Part shown: positions 39,999 through 52,869 of the stretch, piece by piece | Position numbering within the stretch: position 1 is the stretch's first letter | Layout of the letters: the number at the start of each line of letters is the position of its first letter | NCBI GenBank assembly: GCA_011109175.1 | Contig: RDEW01000004.1 | Span: 582,030 to 646,029, forward strand | Origin: Dicyema japonicum | Lineage: Eukaryota > Animalia > Dicyemida | Direction: 5' to 3' | Length of the DNA stretch: 64,000 nt | Made by a program: the position numbers and the translations under genes | The notes under the pieces: generated by a model | The model's database searches: none | What the model saw: only the letters and a program-made list of their open reading frames with translations | Told to the model about the DNA's origin: nothing

Positions 39999-41059
39999 GG
40001 GTCTTGGTTAGATTACCTCTGTAACGATTACTAATCAAAATTACTAATTATCTAATAATAATTTTTGGTTAATTTCACATAATTTTATGTCACGGTCCAA
40101 TGGTGTACCTATGCCATGATGATCCTTGATCGACTTTTTTTAAATTTTTAAAATACCAATCAGTCTTAATTAATAAATATAACCGTTTTTAAAAATCTTC
40201 ATCCACTTTATGTGTTTTTAATATCCCCAAAAGACATCTTCAGAATATAAGTTAACAGAAAACGGGAGAATTGGTAGGCCACCCTTCTGAAGGTAGTAGA
40301 AGGGTAGGGAAAGTCGATCGGTTCTCTTCCATGCAGAACTTGCACTGAGCGCCACCATAACAACAGGTGAACCCCATAACGCCACGCTCGGAAGATCATG
40401 CGGATATGCAATCAACACCATATCCATCCCCAGTCTCCTTTCAGAGACGGCGACGGTGAGAAATGGCCAGGGTTAGCTACGTATGTGCAAAGAGCTAGTA
40501 AACCCATTCAGAGAGAAGGCTGTTCATGCGGAGGAATTCAGATCAGCATTAAAAAAGTGCACTCCGATAGAATTCCTCTGCATTCCACCTCGTGTGCATT
40601 TGACAAGATGGGGGACCTGGATTAAGACCGCTACATACTATTCAGAAAATCTGATCAGAGTTCAAAATAATTTCGAATCAATCGCGGATGATGGATATCT
40701 AGTTCGCATCTGATGGTTTATAATCGCTGGAATTTGGAAATGACAACAAATTTATTAAAAAATGCATAAATAAAGGTTTCAAAAAAATGATATTTCAAAC
40801 ATAATTAAAATGACTAATTCACACATATCTCCTGCCGAGTATTCATTACTCCTGAATTGTCAGCCAACTTTGTGCTCGGTTGAACGATGTGTCTCAGATA
40901 AAAATTTTTCAAAGATCCAACGGAAATTTTCTACCAGAAAATTTAGAAATTTATGTAATTGTATGTGTAACAAAAAGTTTTAGTGTTTTTATTGTTTTGT
41001 TATAAAATTAAATTTTTGGGTTAATTTTTTTAGTTTTTTGGTTAATAAAGTTAGGAGTT

Positions 41060-42830
41060 CTATCCTAAACAAATGGGTGTTAGTATCCAGAACGGGTGTG
41101 AGGCTGCGGTTCATGCAGCAAGGCGTTTCTTCACACAGAAAATTATTTCAAATGAATGCATTGGAATCAAGTTGGACATAACGAATGCCTTTAATTCTCT
41201 CAGAAGAGACGAAATTATGAAAACGTGTTGGAAGAGGGCTCCAAAGCTTTTCCCTCTTGTCAATTTATCCTATGGGAAGATACGTCTTTGGTTTTTGAAA
41301 ATGAAATTATTAAATCAAAAACGGGTGTCCAACAAAGAGATCAGCTCGGACCTCTCTTATTTGCCTGACCATTGATGAGGTTCAATTGATGCTCAGCTAA
41401 ATCTCTGGTACCTCGATGATGCCACAATTGGAGGATCGTAAACATTAGGCTTGGACATCAATGTTAACAAATCAGAGCTAATAAATGTCTCATATCCATA
41501 CACCGACTTCCTCTCTATCAAGGAGTCTTTTACGAACTGCTTCCTGGGATCCCGACTGTGCCAGTTGATAAATTATATTTCCTCGGATGCCCACTCAGCG
41601 AAAGAATTTAAGAACCATCTACTTTCCAAAAATGAAGAATTAACACGCCTTGCGAACAGATTGTCATGTCTCGACTCTCACACATCTTCTTCCTATGAGA
41701 AACAACATCGGACTACCCAAGCATATCTACTCCGATGTTACCCTGCTACGAACAATACGACAGTCTACTTTCAATAGACAAATCTCTCAAGCAAACTGTT
41801 GAGTCATTAATTAACGTCCGCTTCGACGAACTTGATTGGAAACAATGTAAGCTTCCCTCTGGATTTGGGGTGTCGGTCTAAGATCGGCGCTGGAGGTTGC
41901 GTACCCGGCATATCTATCTTCTCTCAAGCTGCAGCCATTTGACACGGCAAGTCTTCATAACACTATTGGACTTCGGTGGAATGAGTCATTTGACGAAGCT
42001 TGTCGGAAATGGAACGGGTCCGGACTAAAAATCCCAGAAGACACAACAAAGCAAATAATTGGGATAATAATTTTGGAAGACCTTAAAAAAAAGCAAATCA
42101 ACATCTCTGGCTTGTTTGGTGTCAGCTTCAAGTAGAGGGAGTGGAGCATGGCTTGGTGCAATACCTTGCCCAAACCTCGGGACCTTTTTGGACGACGATT
42201 CTTTGAGGACTGGAATCGGACAAAGGCTGGGACTAGACGTTTGCCAGGAGCACCATGCCGATGCGGGAAAGCAGTCGATGCAAAGGATTGCACCCGCTGT
42301 CCTGCAGAAGAAGCGCCGGAAGGACCACGTCATGCTGCTCTGAACGATGTGATCGTCAGACCTCTGAAGGCTACAGGCTTCCCAGCACAGCTTGAACCAG
42401 TGGGTCTTGATCGAGGAGATGGAAAGACCTGACGGGATGACCCTTTTCCCCTTCACGTCTGGAAGATCTTTGGTCTGGGACGCAACTTGTGTACACACGT
42501 TCTCAATCAGAATATTTTTAAATCGGTTCAGACACTGGAGCAGCTGCTTCGACTGCGGAGAAACCTAAAAATCAAGAAATATTCTTGCCTCGGAGATCGC
42601 TACCGATTTACTCCTGTTGCGACCGAATCATCGGTAGCCGTTGGTCCATGACGGCTGAGTTCTTGCGAGAACTCGGAGGATTGCTTGCCAGAAAGAAAAG
42701 ATCAACGAGAAGGGTTATGGCTATTCCAATCTTTTGTCTTAGCCATACTCCGAGGGAACTTATTCGCAATCCACGCAGCAAGCTTCCTCAAATGACATTT
42801 GTTTAATTATTAAAAAAAACTTATATTAAT
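41060..42830 (+). mobile_element. CRE-like retroposon, RT plus zinc knuckle plus RLE, frameshifted
   Basis: QMGVSIQNGCEAAVHA, KLDITNAFNS, GPLLF, WYLDD, SGAWLGAIP, RHAALNDVI, PDGMT, WDATC; A-rich tail. Confidence 0.92.
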
Positions 42831-43220
42831 AAAAAAAATAAAGTTAATTTTTAAGTTAAATTTTTTATTTTTTAGGTTAAAAAAATCGCCCTAATAAACG
42901 AGGTCATACTCTAATATTATTATTTAAGCCAAAGAAACACCGTCTTAACCAATAACTGATATTCAGGTGATCCCGGCATCTCTCAATAATCGGACTATCT
43001 TTTCTCGATGCTCCGACCGTGATCCCACACATTTTCTATACGGACGGGGTCTTTTTTCCCTCCTCTGTGTAATTACCTCCAGTTACCTCTATGATAGACT
43101 CGAGTGTTCAGGGGGAAATTTCTTTATCTATATTTTTCCAGTAATTTTATCGTATTTGACAAGATCTCTGAATTTTATACTCTAATAAGGAAAGTGAATA
43201 AAATTAATATTATTAGATGA

Positions 43221-44123
43221 TTAGTAATCGTTAGAGAAGCAATCTAAGTAAGAGCCTAAAATATAATTAGCACATTGTACCAGGAAAATAAGAAAGGAGT
43301 AAATCCATAGATTGGCTGCATTTGACTCATAATTGGTCCCAGCATCGTCGGGGACATTATTATTAACATTGACTAAAATTAAAACAACTCATTACTCGAT
43401 TCTAGGCAATACCACATGTAATCCAATGAAGGCACAGCGTCGATTGTTTTTCTAGACACATGTCTAAAAATTAAGAATTTTCATACTCATATTTATGGCT
43501 GTAAGGATTCATTAAACAATTTTTATTGCAATTACTCTCAGTTTCTTGGACGTGCTCAAAACCAAGCAAGTGGAATAACTCATGAGACAAAATCGCTGCA
43601 GTCTTTTCATCGTAGGATTGTTTATAAATAATTCCCACTGATTTAGATGTGCAGATTTTTCCGATAAATGCTATTCCCACTTTATGTATTCCTGATTTCA
43701 CTTTTATATCAGCATTTCTGAGAATTAGTCAGAATAATTACTCAAAAAACAAAACCGCGTCTACACCAATTAAATATTTTTTCTTAGTTGCGTACAAAGT
43801 AGCAATTTGAGGATCAGTCGATATAACGTCGTCAGTAAAGTGTATTTTTGAAAGATTTAATTCAATTTTGATTGTTCCAAAATACTGGTTATGATAAAAT
43901 ATACTTTTTGAGCCAGATCGAACAATTTTTTAATGTGCTGTCTCATTTGGTTTTTATCAAAGCCGTAATATTTTTGCTATATGTAAAATATTAAATCTAA
44001 ACAAAATCTCTATCCAGAACAGTGGATACATCGAATCTTTTGTTAAGGTGTCTGTTGTCTAAAATTGTTAAAAAATAAATTACCAACGAAAGCACAGAAT
44101 AACGTGTAAAAGAGAAAATTCAT
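43221..44123 (-). CDS. Mini reprolysin-like metalloprotease, copy 3 (intact, 253 aa)
   Basis: Six introns (25, 26, 20, 24, 23, 23 nt) leave 762 nt in frame; HELFHLLGFEH, CLMNP, C-terminal LWIYSFLIFLVQCANYIL. Confidence 0.85.
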
Positions 44124-45049
44124 TTGCTTAAAATTGCAAAAATCGTTTAAAAATTGCTTTTATAGCTGAAATTATTAAGCAATTATTTTTGAAGCGTGTA
44201 ATGTGGTGACTTTGGTTTTATTTGTTTTATTTTTAAATTTGTTATTAATTCTTAAGTTTTGTTTGCTTAAGATGTTTTTATACCACGTTACTAGTAAAAC
44301 TATCCCGACTAGCCAATTTTTCATCCTTCTTGCACTTTAGGTTCAGAAAAGGCTTCGTAAGTGACTCTGTCCTCTTGAGCTTAAAATATCCACTTCCAGC
44401 TTCTTCAAATACCACTGTGAATTTAGTAGTGATACAAAATTAATTGTCAATCTGTTTCTATTAAATGATTGAAAATGGAGAGTTGGAATAATTTTGTCTT
44501 TATTAAAAAAATGCTGAATATTTAAGAAATAGAGTCGATTTCACAGTTTTATTGCTGCTGTTATTGATCGATTAGTCCTTTGAATGACTATTTCATAAAT
44601 TATTTAAATCAAAAATTATTTTGAAGGAAGTTAATTAAATATGGGTGACTGGTAATTGTTGAATAATTTTCAGCTAAATTTAATAATTTTTAAAGCTATT
44701 ATTTTTTGCTAGAAACAAGTTGCCTAACATATCACAAATCACCGTGAGACGATTTTTTTTAATTTTGTCTAAAAAAGTGATTGGAGTTGCAAGTTACAAA
44801 ATGGGAGATCTTGACATTGATCCCCCTTTTCAGATAAAAAATAAAATTTGCAATTTAATCTAAAAATAGTTATATTAATCTTAGTTCTAGCTGTAATTTA
44901 CTAGACATGTAGAGGAATGAGGCTTATTAATGGATCTTTCATTAAAAAAGTGTGTGAAATGTAAAAATCAATGATTTTGAAGAACAAGAGCAAATAACTG
45001 CCTTAAATGAACAAAAAATGTATTTAAGTTTTATTAAAATAAAATGTAC

Positions 45050-46300
45050 TTAACCCATAGAAAGTACGAGGGTCCCCTTTGTCACTGATGAAACCAAGAT
45101 GTGGTGTTCAAATATCGTTTTTCACCAGTGGATGTTGAAAATGCAATTAAATCTCAAAAACTAACCTACTCAAGCGGACCAGATAAAATTCCATGATTGT
45201 AGTGCATCGTTTGACTTTATCGACCCCGGTCGTTTTCCAATCAGGGAGATGTCTCACTACTACCTCAAATTTCTTGCGGAAATCGAAAATTCCGCAAGAT
45301 TCCGCCAAGGAAAGGAGCGGCGCTGTACGGGACACTCCACGCATTTCCTCTGCGTGGTTTAGCCTCCCATATACTACCCCATGTGGAAAGCATTTCCGCG
45401 TCCTGCTGGGAACATACACTATGGCCATTTTCGTGTAGGCGACGGTAAAACAATCTTCGATTAAACAGATTATTTTCTCTCCTTCTCTTACACCGACTTT
45501 CATGTGTATAGAGTTTCCTCTTATACATCATTATTGCCCCCTCTAACTCCACCTTTGCCTTCTCAACTCTTTTGAGGTCCCATTAGGGAACACGGAGTTT
45601 ACTAATTAGCCCCTTTACTATAGGCGGTGCTTTTCCTCTAACCCCTCTCGCCACATTACTTATGTGCCCCTCCAGTGCATCCAGCTCAGTCTGTCTCCAA
45701 GCAATTTGGCACAGATCTGCTCCTCCATTTACTGGGTGGTCTGGGCTTGTCCGTCAATTCCTCATAGGTGATCTGTGCAGCATACAGCACTAGGGATGTC
45801 ACCCAGTTGCCTATTTTTGCTTAGCCCCCCCCGCAAAACCCACAGCTTTTTTGATACAGGTTAACACTACCGGTTAACCTTACAATGAGGAATCTTGCGG
45901 GTAAATCTACGGTCCTCAAGTTGGACATCTGCCGCTGCAGCGAGATTCCGCGCAAAGACCTCATAAACATGCTTGAGCTGCAACGTATCACAGCTCTAGT
46001 GCTCGTGCTCTCTTTGAGATACCCACTCAGCTTCAGAAACACAGTGGACCTCTTCGATAATGGCAGATAGTGAATGCAAGTTGGTTTTTGGCAACAATAT
46101 TCCCAACGATGTTGATATTAGTTCTTGTGTCATCCAGCCTACAGACGACGGTCCTGCTTCTACTATACTATCTTTATTTGAATTTGCAGGAAGACCCATA
46201 GGATTCGATTTCTCGGTATGATTAGAAACGGACATGTACAACACCACAGCATATTTAGAATATAAAGATACGATTAAGGTCATATTATTTTATCAGAAAA
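45050..46300 (-). mobile_element. R4/Dong-like RT N-terminal pseudogene
   Basis: RRENNLF.NRRLFYRRL, WGSIW, LPDWKTTGVD, SWFHQ motifs across frameshifts. Confidence 0.65.
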
Positions 46301-47089
46301 GTTAATAACCACCATAAAATAATTTATGGTCAATAAAACAGAGGGAAAGAATAATGTCACTTCTTGAAAAATAGAGGAGATCAGCAGTAAAGTTAGCTTT
46401 GGGCAGAAGACTGCGTGACGTCCTACAGAAGAAGACAGGATTCTTGCCACGGTGAAGCACATTGTGGAGAAGAGGATTCGAGGGATCCGACGCTAGAACG
46501 AGACTAAATGGAGATGGGGTGCATCGGAAGTGTCCAAGCCGCGTAGACGGACTAGCTAAAACCCTTAACCTAACTCCTAATCGGTTTGAGAATAAATTTG
46601 TTTCGTTTTCGTTATGATCAATAATGCGAGACGTCCTGAGTACAGAAGTTTAAGGTCAATAATGCCTACTGCTACCTTTTAGATAATTTTTTACTCTCAA
46701 TGTATCAGCATTTTTTCTCTGACGATATTCGTGTAGTTTACATAAAAGTCGATAAAATTGTTTAAACATTGATTGTGGGATAGTTAATTTATAGACTTTA
46801 GCTGGACATGATGGCACGGCCGAACATGATGGCTGCGACAAAAAGCAATTTGCTTGATATATCGTTTTATTTTACATAAACAACTTTTTTAATTTATGGG
46901 AAAGATTATTTTATTGTAGAAAGACTAATCACATTTACTTGGGGTTGCCATGACTTTTCCCCACTATGTATCTGTCGCGGGGAGAAATTGAAGGTGTATC
47001 AACACAAGAGAATAGGTCTTCTAAGAAGTCAGTAAGAGTACAGATGTGTAGTCAAATGTCCGATTCTGTTGGCGCCAACTTGTTTTAGG

Positions 47090-47800
47090 GGATCCTGGGA
47101 GGTTATTCCAACTTCAAGTAATCTCATTCTTTAACTTGTCGTGTACGAAAATATCTGATTTATTGACTTGAATTTTGTTATCGAATTTCAACGTTTTGGG
47201 GGATATTATAGACTGCATTGAATATTACTTTACTCTCTTCGACTTCCTGATTCCACACTTCCCACAGGGATGCGAATGGATCCATCAAATCTAGTGGCCG
47301 AAAGGTCACGTTTTTTTATTTTCTAGCAGTGATCGCACATGGATCTTCTACGCGAGAAAGACAAATTCACCCTGTACGTGACCGAAGTATTCCTGAGAAC
47401 ACTCAAAAGATTCGAGAGAGCTCAATCATGAGCAGAAGACAAGTTTATGGAACTCCCACCGTTTGTGTGACATCAGCATCATCTCGGTGGTTATCACACG
47501 ATAACAATTCTCCAAGGTCTGAAGGGCTGTTATTTCTTGCGTCGACCACTTGGCGACAAAGTCGTATGCTAAACAGCGACATCTGCAAGGCATAATGAGA
47601 CTCCCATTGTGTTGTCAGCATACAAAAAAGATCCCTTTCATCCCTAGTCCACTAGAGAGATATGCATGAACACAATAATCGTAAATGATGTCAAACTCGA
47701 CTATGGGAAATGGGATCACTTATTAGGCAAGGACTCATATTGGGGACAACAGACATCACTAAAGCGTAGTCTCCCCATATATCCACCTACCACCAAATAA
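47090..47800. mobile_element. Two R4/Dong-like RLE remnants in opposite orientations (47090-47230 -, 47330-47800 +)
   Basis: NVEIR...LLEVGITSQD and SSRWLSHDNNSPRSEG...VDHLATK. Confidence 0.6.
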
Positions 47801-47926
47801 ATAGTCTCAATCAGAATTTTAATAAGACAAATTAAAGTGAAAATATAATTAGACAAATTCGATCAGCCAATAACTCAAAACTTCCTATCACGTGGCCTAC
47901 TAGCATCATAATACCTCCGTTCAGTC

Positions 47927-48682
47927 CTACTCCGTCTCTGTCATTACAACGACCATAACCTTCACTGTCCTTTCCGGTTGACTATTTCTGTCCTCATTCT
48001 CGGGTTTCTTCATTACCTTGATATTCGGCCTTTCAGGAGACTCATTAGGAACCGGTCTCCGATTATTCTAGTTTGAACAAACAACCACAACGTAGATGAT
48101 CTTCCTCTCCTTCTTTTGGGCTATAAAGTCGATCAGTCGAGTAGAGGATTTCAACACATCTGAAATTAAAAGTCCCCGAACCTTGTCTCTTCCGCTCTTT
48201 GGAGTCGATCTCCTCAATTATGGCCTCAATTGACGGAGGCTGAATCCGTTTGTCCACGTGGGTTGAAAAGAGCTTGAAATCGTCATCTACAATAGAATAA
48301 GGAGACAGACCATCCTCAATTTTGTCTTCAGGTGGGATTGTATTCTTTAGTGGGATACGTTGGGAAGTGGAGAACTCGATGATGCAGGGGAATTCGAATC
48401 CTTAAAATATAGAAGGGAAATCACCATTTTCGTCCAAAATGACTTTCCCGTCCAAATCTGGAATTCATAGACATCGTGATAGTCATGAACCCAATATAGG
48501 CCGTTTTGTAGCTGTATTTCCCGCTAAATATGGGAGGGGAAAGGTAAAAGTATCTGTGAGCAGAAAGTGGACCAAAGTGAGTCATAAACTCTTGTTGAGT
48601 GATTTTGGGAGGCAATTTTCGGACAGAAATCTGTTATTAAGCAATTTTATACTTTCAAAAAATGCACATCATCAGTCTTCAT
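47927..48682 (-). CDS. UPF3: Nonsense-mediated decay factor UPF3
   Basis: ISVRKLPPKITQQEF...YFYL...KTAYIGF...DGKVILDENGFEFPCIIEFS...STRLIDFI; 22-24-nt introns; two apparent 1-nt deletions near 48455-48485; 3' end uncertain. Confidence 0.8.
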
Positions 48683-49589
48683 TTTTATTTATTTATATTT
48701 AAAAAATACATTATTAATAAATATATATTTTAAATAAGATATTTTGTCAATGGGTAATGATACAATTTTGCTGGAAATTTTGAGAGAATTAATCACCTTG
48801 TTAGTTCATCTCGTAAATTTGGTTCAACTGTGATGTAAATGATATTGACTAACAGTGTTAATTATACACTATGACTCTGAAAATGGTTTTCCAAGAAGGC
48901 ACTTAGTATTCCACTTGTATTCTTCTCAAACAGTCAGGTCAGAAGTAAATATCCACAATCCTTTCATTTAATTGGTCATAACTATGGGAATCATTATTTG
49001 GTCATTACTATTCAAAATTTTTAAAATTTGACTTTTTGAAGGTTAGCAAATAAAAAAATTAGTATAAAAAACCAATCAAAATTTTTATCAAAATACAAAA
49101 AATCGAATTTAATATTCGACGAAACAAACAAAAAATCCCGTTAAGAGACAGTGAGCATTGCCGTGAAAGATGCCAAGTTTATGGAACCATTGCCGCTCTC
49201 GAGGATTTCCTAGCATGGAAGGAATTAGGTTTCCATAAAAATTTACAAAGCAACAGACATATCCTTTCCAATGACCTTTTCGATTAAAATAATAATAACA
49301 ACCCATTCACAAGAGCCATAATACTTGTAGCTCCCATAGGCAGGATTCGTACTTTATTAGAGTAAAGGACATTTATACAGTACTGGTAGAAAAAATTGGT
49401 TTTACAGTTACAAATTTTTTTGGCGTATAACTTAAATTTTTCAACGCAAATCAAATTTTGGTTTTTTATTTATCATAAAAGATTTTTAATATCATCGAAA
49501 ATTTTTAATATTTATTTTTTTATAAAACACAAAAAACAACCGAAATAGATGATACAATTATAATTATTAAAAAGCACTCCCGAGAAAAC

Positions 49590-49790
49590 ATAAAATTAGT
49601 TAAGTTTCCCCTGTGCCGAATCATCCTCTCTGTCAGCTTCGACCATGATATTCTGTTGCGCGCTAGATCTCTTAGGTAGTCAGGTCGTCCGCCATTTCCA
49701 TTATTGTCAGGTGCTGTCCACACTTTTGTAACACAGTGAATGAGTTCCTAGTGGAATGCAAATCCGAGACCATAGAGGATTCAACCACCT
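49590..49790 (-). mobile_element. RTE 3' fragment
   Basis: DYLRDLARNRISWSKLTE, like the RTE C-terminus at 22140-22200. Confidence 0.5.
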
Positions 49791-49835
49791 CACCAAAAAG
49801 ATCACACAATAAACAAACTTTTTATTCACACGCTA

Positions 49836-50152
49836 TTTATTTATTGACCACGGATACACCGAGAAAGAAGTTAAAGTAAACAACTAATTAAGTGTATCCA
49901 GTTTCCACTTCTACAGAGTCATCCGGAATCAGCATAAAGGGTAAGACGTCCATTACATGCAGTTGTGGAAACCCTTCCAGTGGAGTGGGGAAGAGCAAAT
50001 GATCCTTTTTCGTGCCGGCCAGGCACTAGGCGCTACCTGGACAGGTGGATCACATGACACCACTCTAATAAGAAGAGAGAGGAGAAACAGACAAACAAAA
50101 AACTTGAACCAATTAGCCACGCAGCACCACATGGCGTTATGCGGCGTAATTT
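49836..50152 (-). mobile_element. Full hairpin-headed SINE with 11-bp TSD
   Basis: TSD TTCACACGCTA at 49825-49835 and 50153-50163; (AATA)n tail. Confidence 0.88.
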
Positions 50153-50411
50153 TTCACACGCTAAGATTGAAATTTTTAAAAATTTTAGACGATTAATGAT
50201 TTTTTAAAAATTAAAAAATTATACATCTAGTAAATTCCAAACATTTTAATTCAGTTGGAAAATTAAAATCTATACGCCAAAAAAGTTTGTAACTGTAAAA
50301 ACCGGGTTTTTCTACCCGCACTGTACTTGAAAAAGATGACACAAGGAATGTTCTTTGACTTTTTTTTGTAAAGAACCAGAGAAATTTTTATTTTTCCAAT
50401 TAAGTCGTTAT

Positions 50412-50490
50412 TGAGCTGGTTATTCGAGCGAATCTCGCTCGCCATCCTGAGAGGGAATAGACACGCAGTCAGAGCAGCCGCTATATAACC
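50412..50490 (+). mobile_element. Short CRE 3' tip, same subfamily as 15070-15755
   Basis: ctggttatt(c)gagcgaatctcgctcgc.atcctgaga.ggaatag shared. Confidence 0.7.
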
Positions 50491-50589
50491 ATTTGTTCTC
50501 TTTTCTTTCCTAAATAAAATAAACCGTATTAAGTCGTTGTAGCAACTGAAAAAAACATGTAATGTGAAAAATTTTATTATTTTCATTTT

Positions 50590-51050
50590 TCAGTATCTCG
50601 CCAGTTTTCCCCAAGGAGCGGCATCGCTAATAACTAATATAAAATTTGAATTTTTCGATAAGAATTTATCAAAAACACATTTAATTGTTGGAATTACATC
50701 ATTCGAACTCGAATGCACTGAATTTACAGCTGATTTCATAATCTATAAAGTCGTTGGATTACAAATTGTCCAGAAAATTACATATTTTCAGGTTAATGTT
50801 ACTTTCATCAATAATTAAAAATAATTTTTTTGTTTAATTAATAGATGTCTTTATTCATTAAGATGTTGATCGATGTAGTATAGTTCAGATGAGTTTACTG
50901 TCCTTGAGCATTTTTGGCAAAATAAATCTCCTTAGGTGTTCTTGTAAATATAGTTCTTGTAATTTGCTTTTGAAATTCGTTCCTTACTTATCCTCTGAGT
51001 TCTAATAGTTTTAATAATTGAGAAAATACAAACCTGTCATTAATTGAAGA
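50590..51050 (-). mobile_element. CGGBP-like hAT remnant
   Basis: NFILVISDAAP motif. Confidence 0.45.
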
Positions 51051-51171
51051 CTGCTAATACACAACAAAAAACAATTTATAACGTGTAATTTAAAAAGAAA
51101 TGAAAAAGTACTAACAAAATTAAAAAAATAATAAAAATAATTATGTCCTATTTTAAGAAAATTTTATCTTT

Positions 51172-51490
51172 GCCGCGTGGCGCCATGTGGTGCTGCGTGG
51201 TTAATTGGTTTAATTTTTCTGCTTGCTTGTCTGTTCCTCCTCTCTCTTCCTAATAGAGTGGCGTCATGTGATCCACCTGTCTAGGTGACGTCCAGTGACA
51301 GGCCGGCATGAAAAAGGATCATTTGCTCTTCCCCCACTCCACTGGAGGGGTTTCCACAACTGCATGTAATGGACGTCTTACCATTTATGCTGATGGACTC
51401 TGTTTCTGTAGAAGTGGAAACTGGATACACTTAATTAGTTGTTTACTTTAACTTCTTTCTCGTTGTATCCGGGGTTAATAAATAAATAAA
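51172..51490 (+). mobile_element. Full hairpin-headed SINE
   Basis: 30-nt hairpin head, shared body, (AATA)n tail; possible ATCTTT TSD. Confidence 0.88.
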
Positions 51491-51584
51491 AATCTTTGAA
51501 ATAGGACAATGTCATATTTTTTGTCCTAAATAGCACAGTAGCGAAGGAAGAAACAAAAACGGAGGAGTACTGACGCAAGTGCAA

Positions 51585-52265
51585 AAAGCTTGGCTCCCTC
51601 GTAGGAGACCATGAAGAAATTACAAGATGGAGAACTCTAGCACAAACGGCCCTCTCCAGATTAAAGAACACCTGGCTCCACAAAAAGGGCGTGACATTAT
51701 AACAAAAACTCGATTATACAACTCCCTAGTGAAACCCATACTACGGTATAACGCTGGTACCTGGCCCTGCTCAAGAAATGAACTGAAGAGGCTTAATGCG
51801 TTTTATAAAGACCAACTACGGCATATGATGTTCGAAAGAAGTGATACAAGCATGTCATCTTTTTTATAAAAGGACGAAGACCTCAGAAATTTCTAATGAG
51901 ATTCTGGATACACGATGGATGCTTTTTGGCCATATTCTGCGACTGGACCTAGATGCCCCCGCGAACGTAGCCATTGAGGATTACTTTATGTTGGAGGCCC
52001 CCTGTTTCCGTGGTTGCCCAAAGACGACACTAGCAGTCGTTCTCGACGAGGACCTCAAAGAAATGGGACGGCATCTTGGAAGTGGAGAAGATCTTGATTG
52101 GTTGCGCACTGCGGCTTTGAATAGGAGGAAGTGGAGAGGATCTTGATTGGTTGCGCACTGCGGCTTTGAATAGGAGGAAGTGGATGAAACTAACCAGTGA
52201 TTTGCTAACTCGTGTTGCACATGCTTTGTCAAGTCCTATGACATAGTGATAAGTGCTTATAATAA
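51585..52265 (+). mobile_element. RTE 3' fragment with internal 46-nt tandem duplication (52090-52135 / 52139-52184)
   Basis: TRLYNSLVKPILRYNAGTW, RWMLFGHILRLDLDAPANVA; related to the 20482 ORF. Confidence 0.85.
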
Positions 52266-52869
52266 TGGCACAATTTCCGCCCTAACAGCCTTTTTACGGT
52301 TTTTTTCAGCAATAGTGACAGCATCTCCGTAGGGATGCTCAACCTTTGCAGACGTAGTGAAGGATTTGTCCCATAGTCCTTCTGATACGAACCTTTTAAG
52401 TAATTATAATTTGAATACACTATCTCCAATGTTAAATTCATATTTCGATCGATGCACTCCATTTTTTTATTCATCCTTTTATAATAAGGAGAATTCAAGC
52501 CTATCCGAGGAAATCAAATTTTTAATCTCCTTTGAATAATTATAGACAAAAAACCTTTACTATATGTTTCGGGGCTGTCTTTACTGTCTGGCTCTGTTAA
52601 TTCAGCAATGTTACCCACACTTTCCAGGTTGTCTTCACCGTCTGTCTCCGTCACAGTATTTTTAAAATGTTGTTGTAGCCTGGAATCTTCGAAATCTCTG
52701 AAACTGACTAACACCTACAAAAATAAAATCAAAAAAACAGCCTTTGAATGTGCTTTTTCCACTCTTTCTTGTCATTAAACACCATCATTTTTCGATAAAC
52801 TCCGTGAGATCGTCTGGTTGAATCTTTCAACGATCCCTTGACTCTGGGGATTGTTAGGTATTCCATTAT

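Noticed and set aside
45080-45120. Hammerhead ribozyme cores (CTGATGA at about 6500, 11600, 45085)
   Set aside because: No stem II plus GAAA geometry found by eye.
46555-46585. Telomere-repeat targeting by the adjacent R4/Dong-like element
   Set aside because: Only about four degenerate units, and the element's 5' end is undefined.
51300-51310. HDV-like ribozyme, because GGCCGGCATG equals the HDV 5' end
   Set aside because: No P1 partner, no TCCTCG loop and no P1.1 GG. The TCCTCG sites at about 13700, 46480, 56754 and 57500 also fail the P3/P1.1 pattern.
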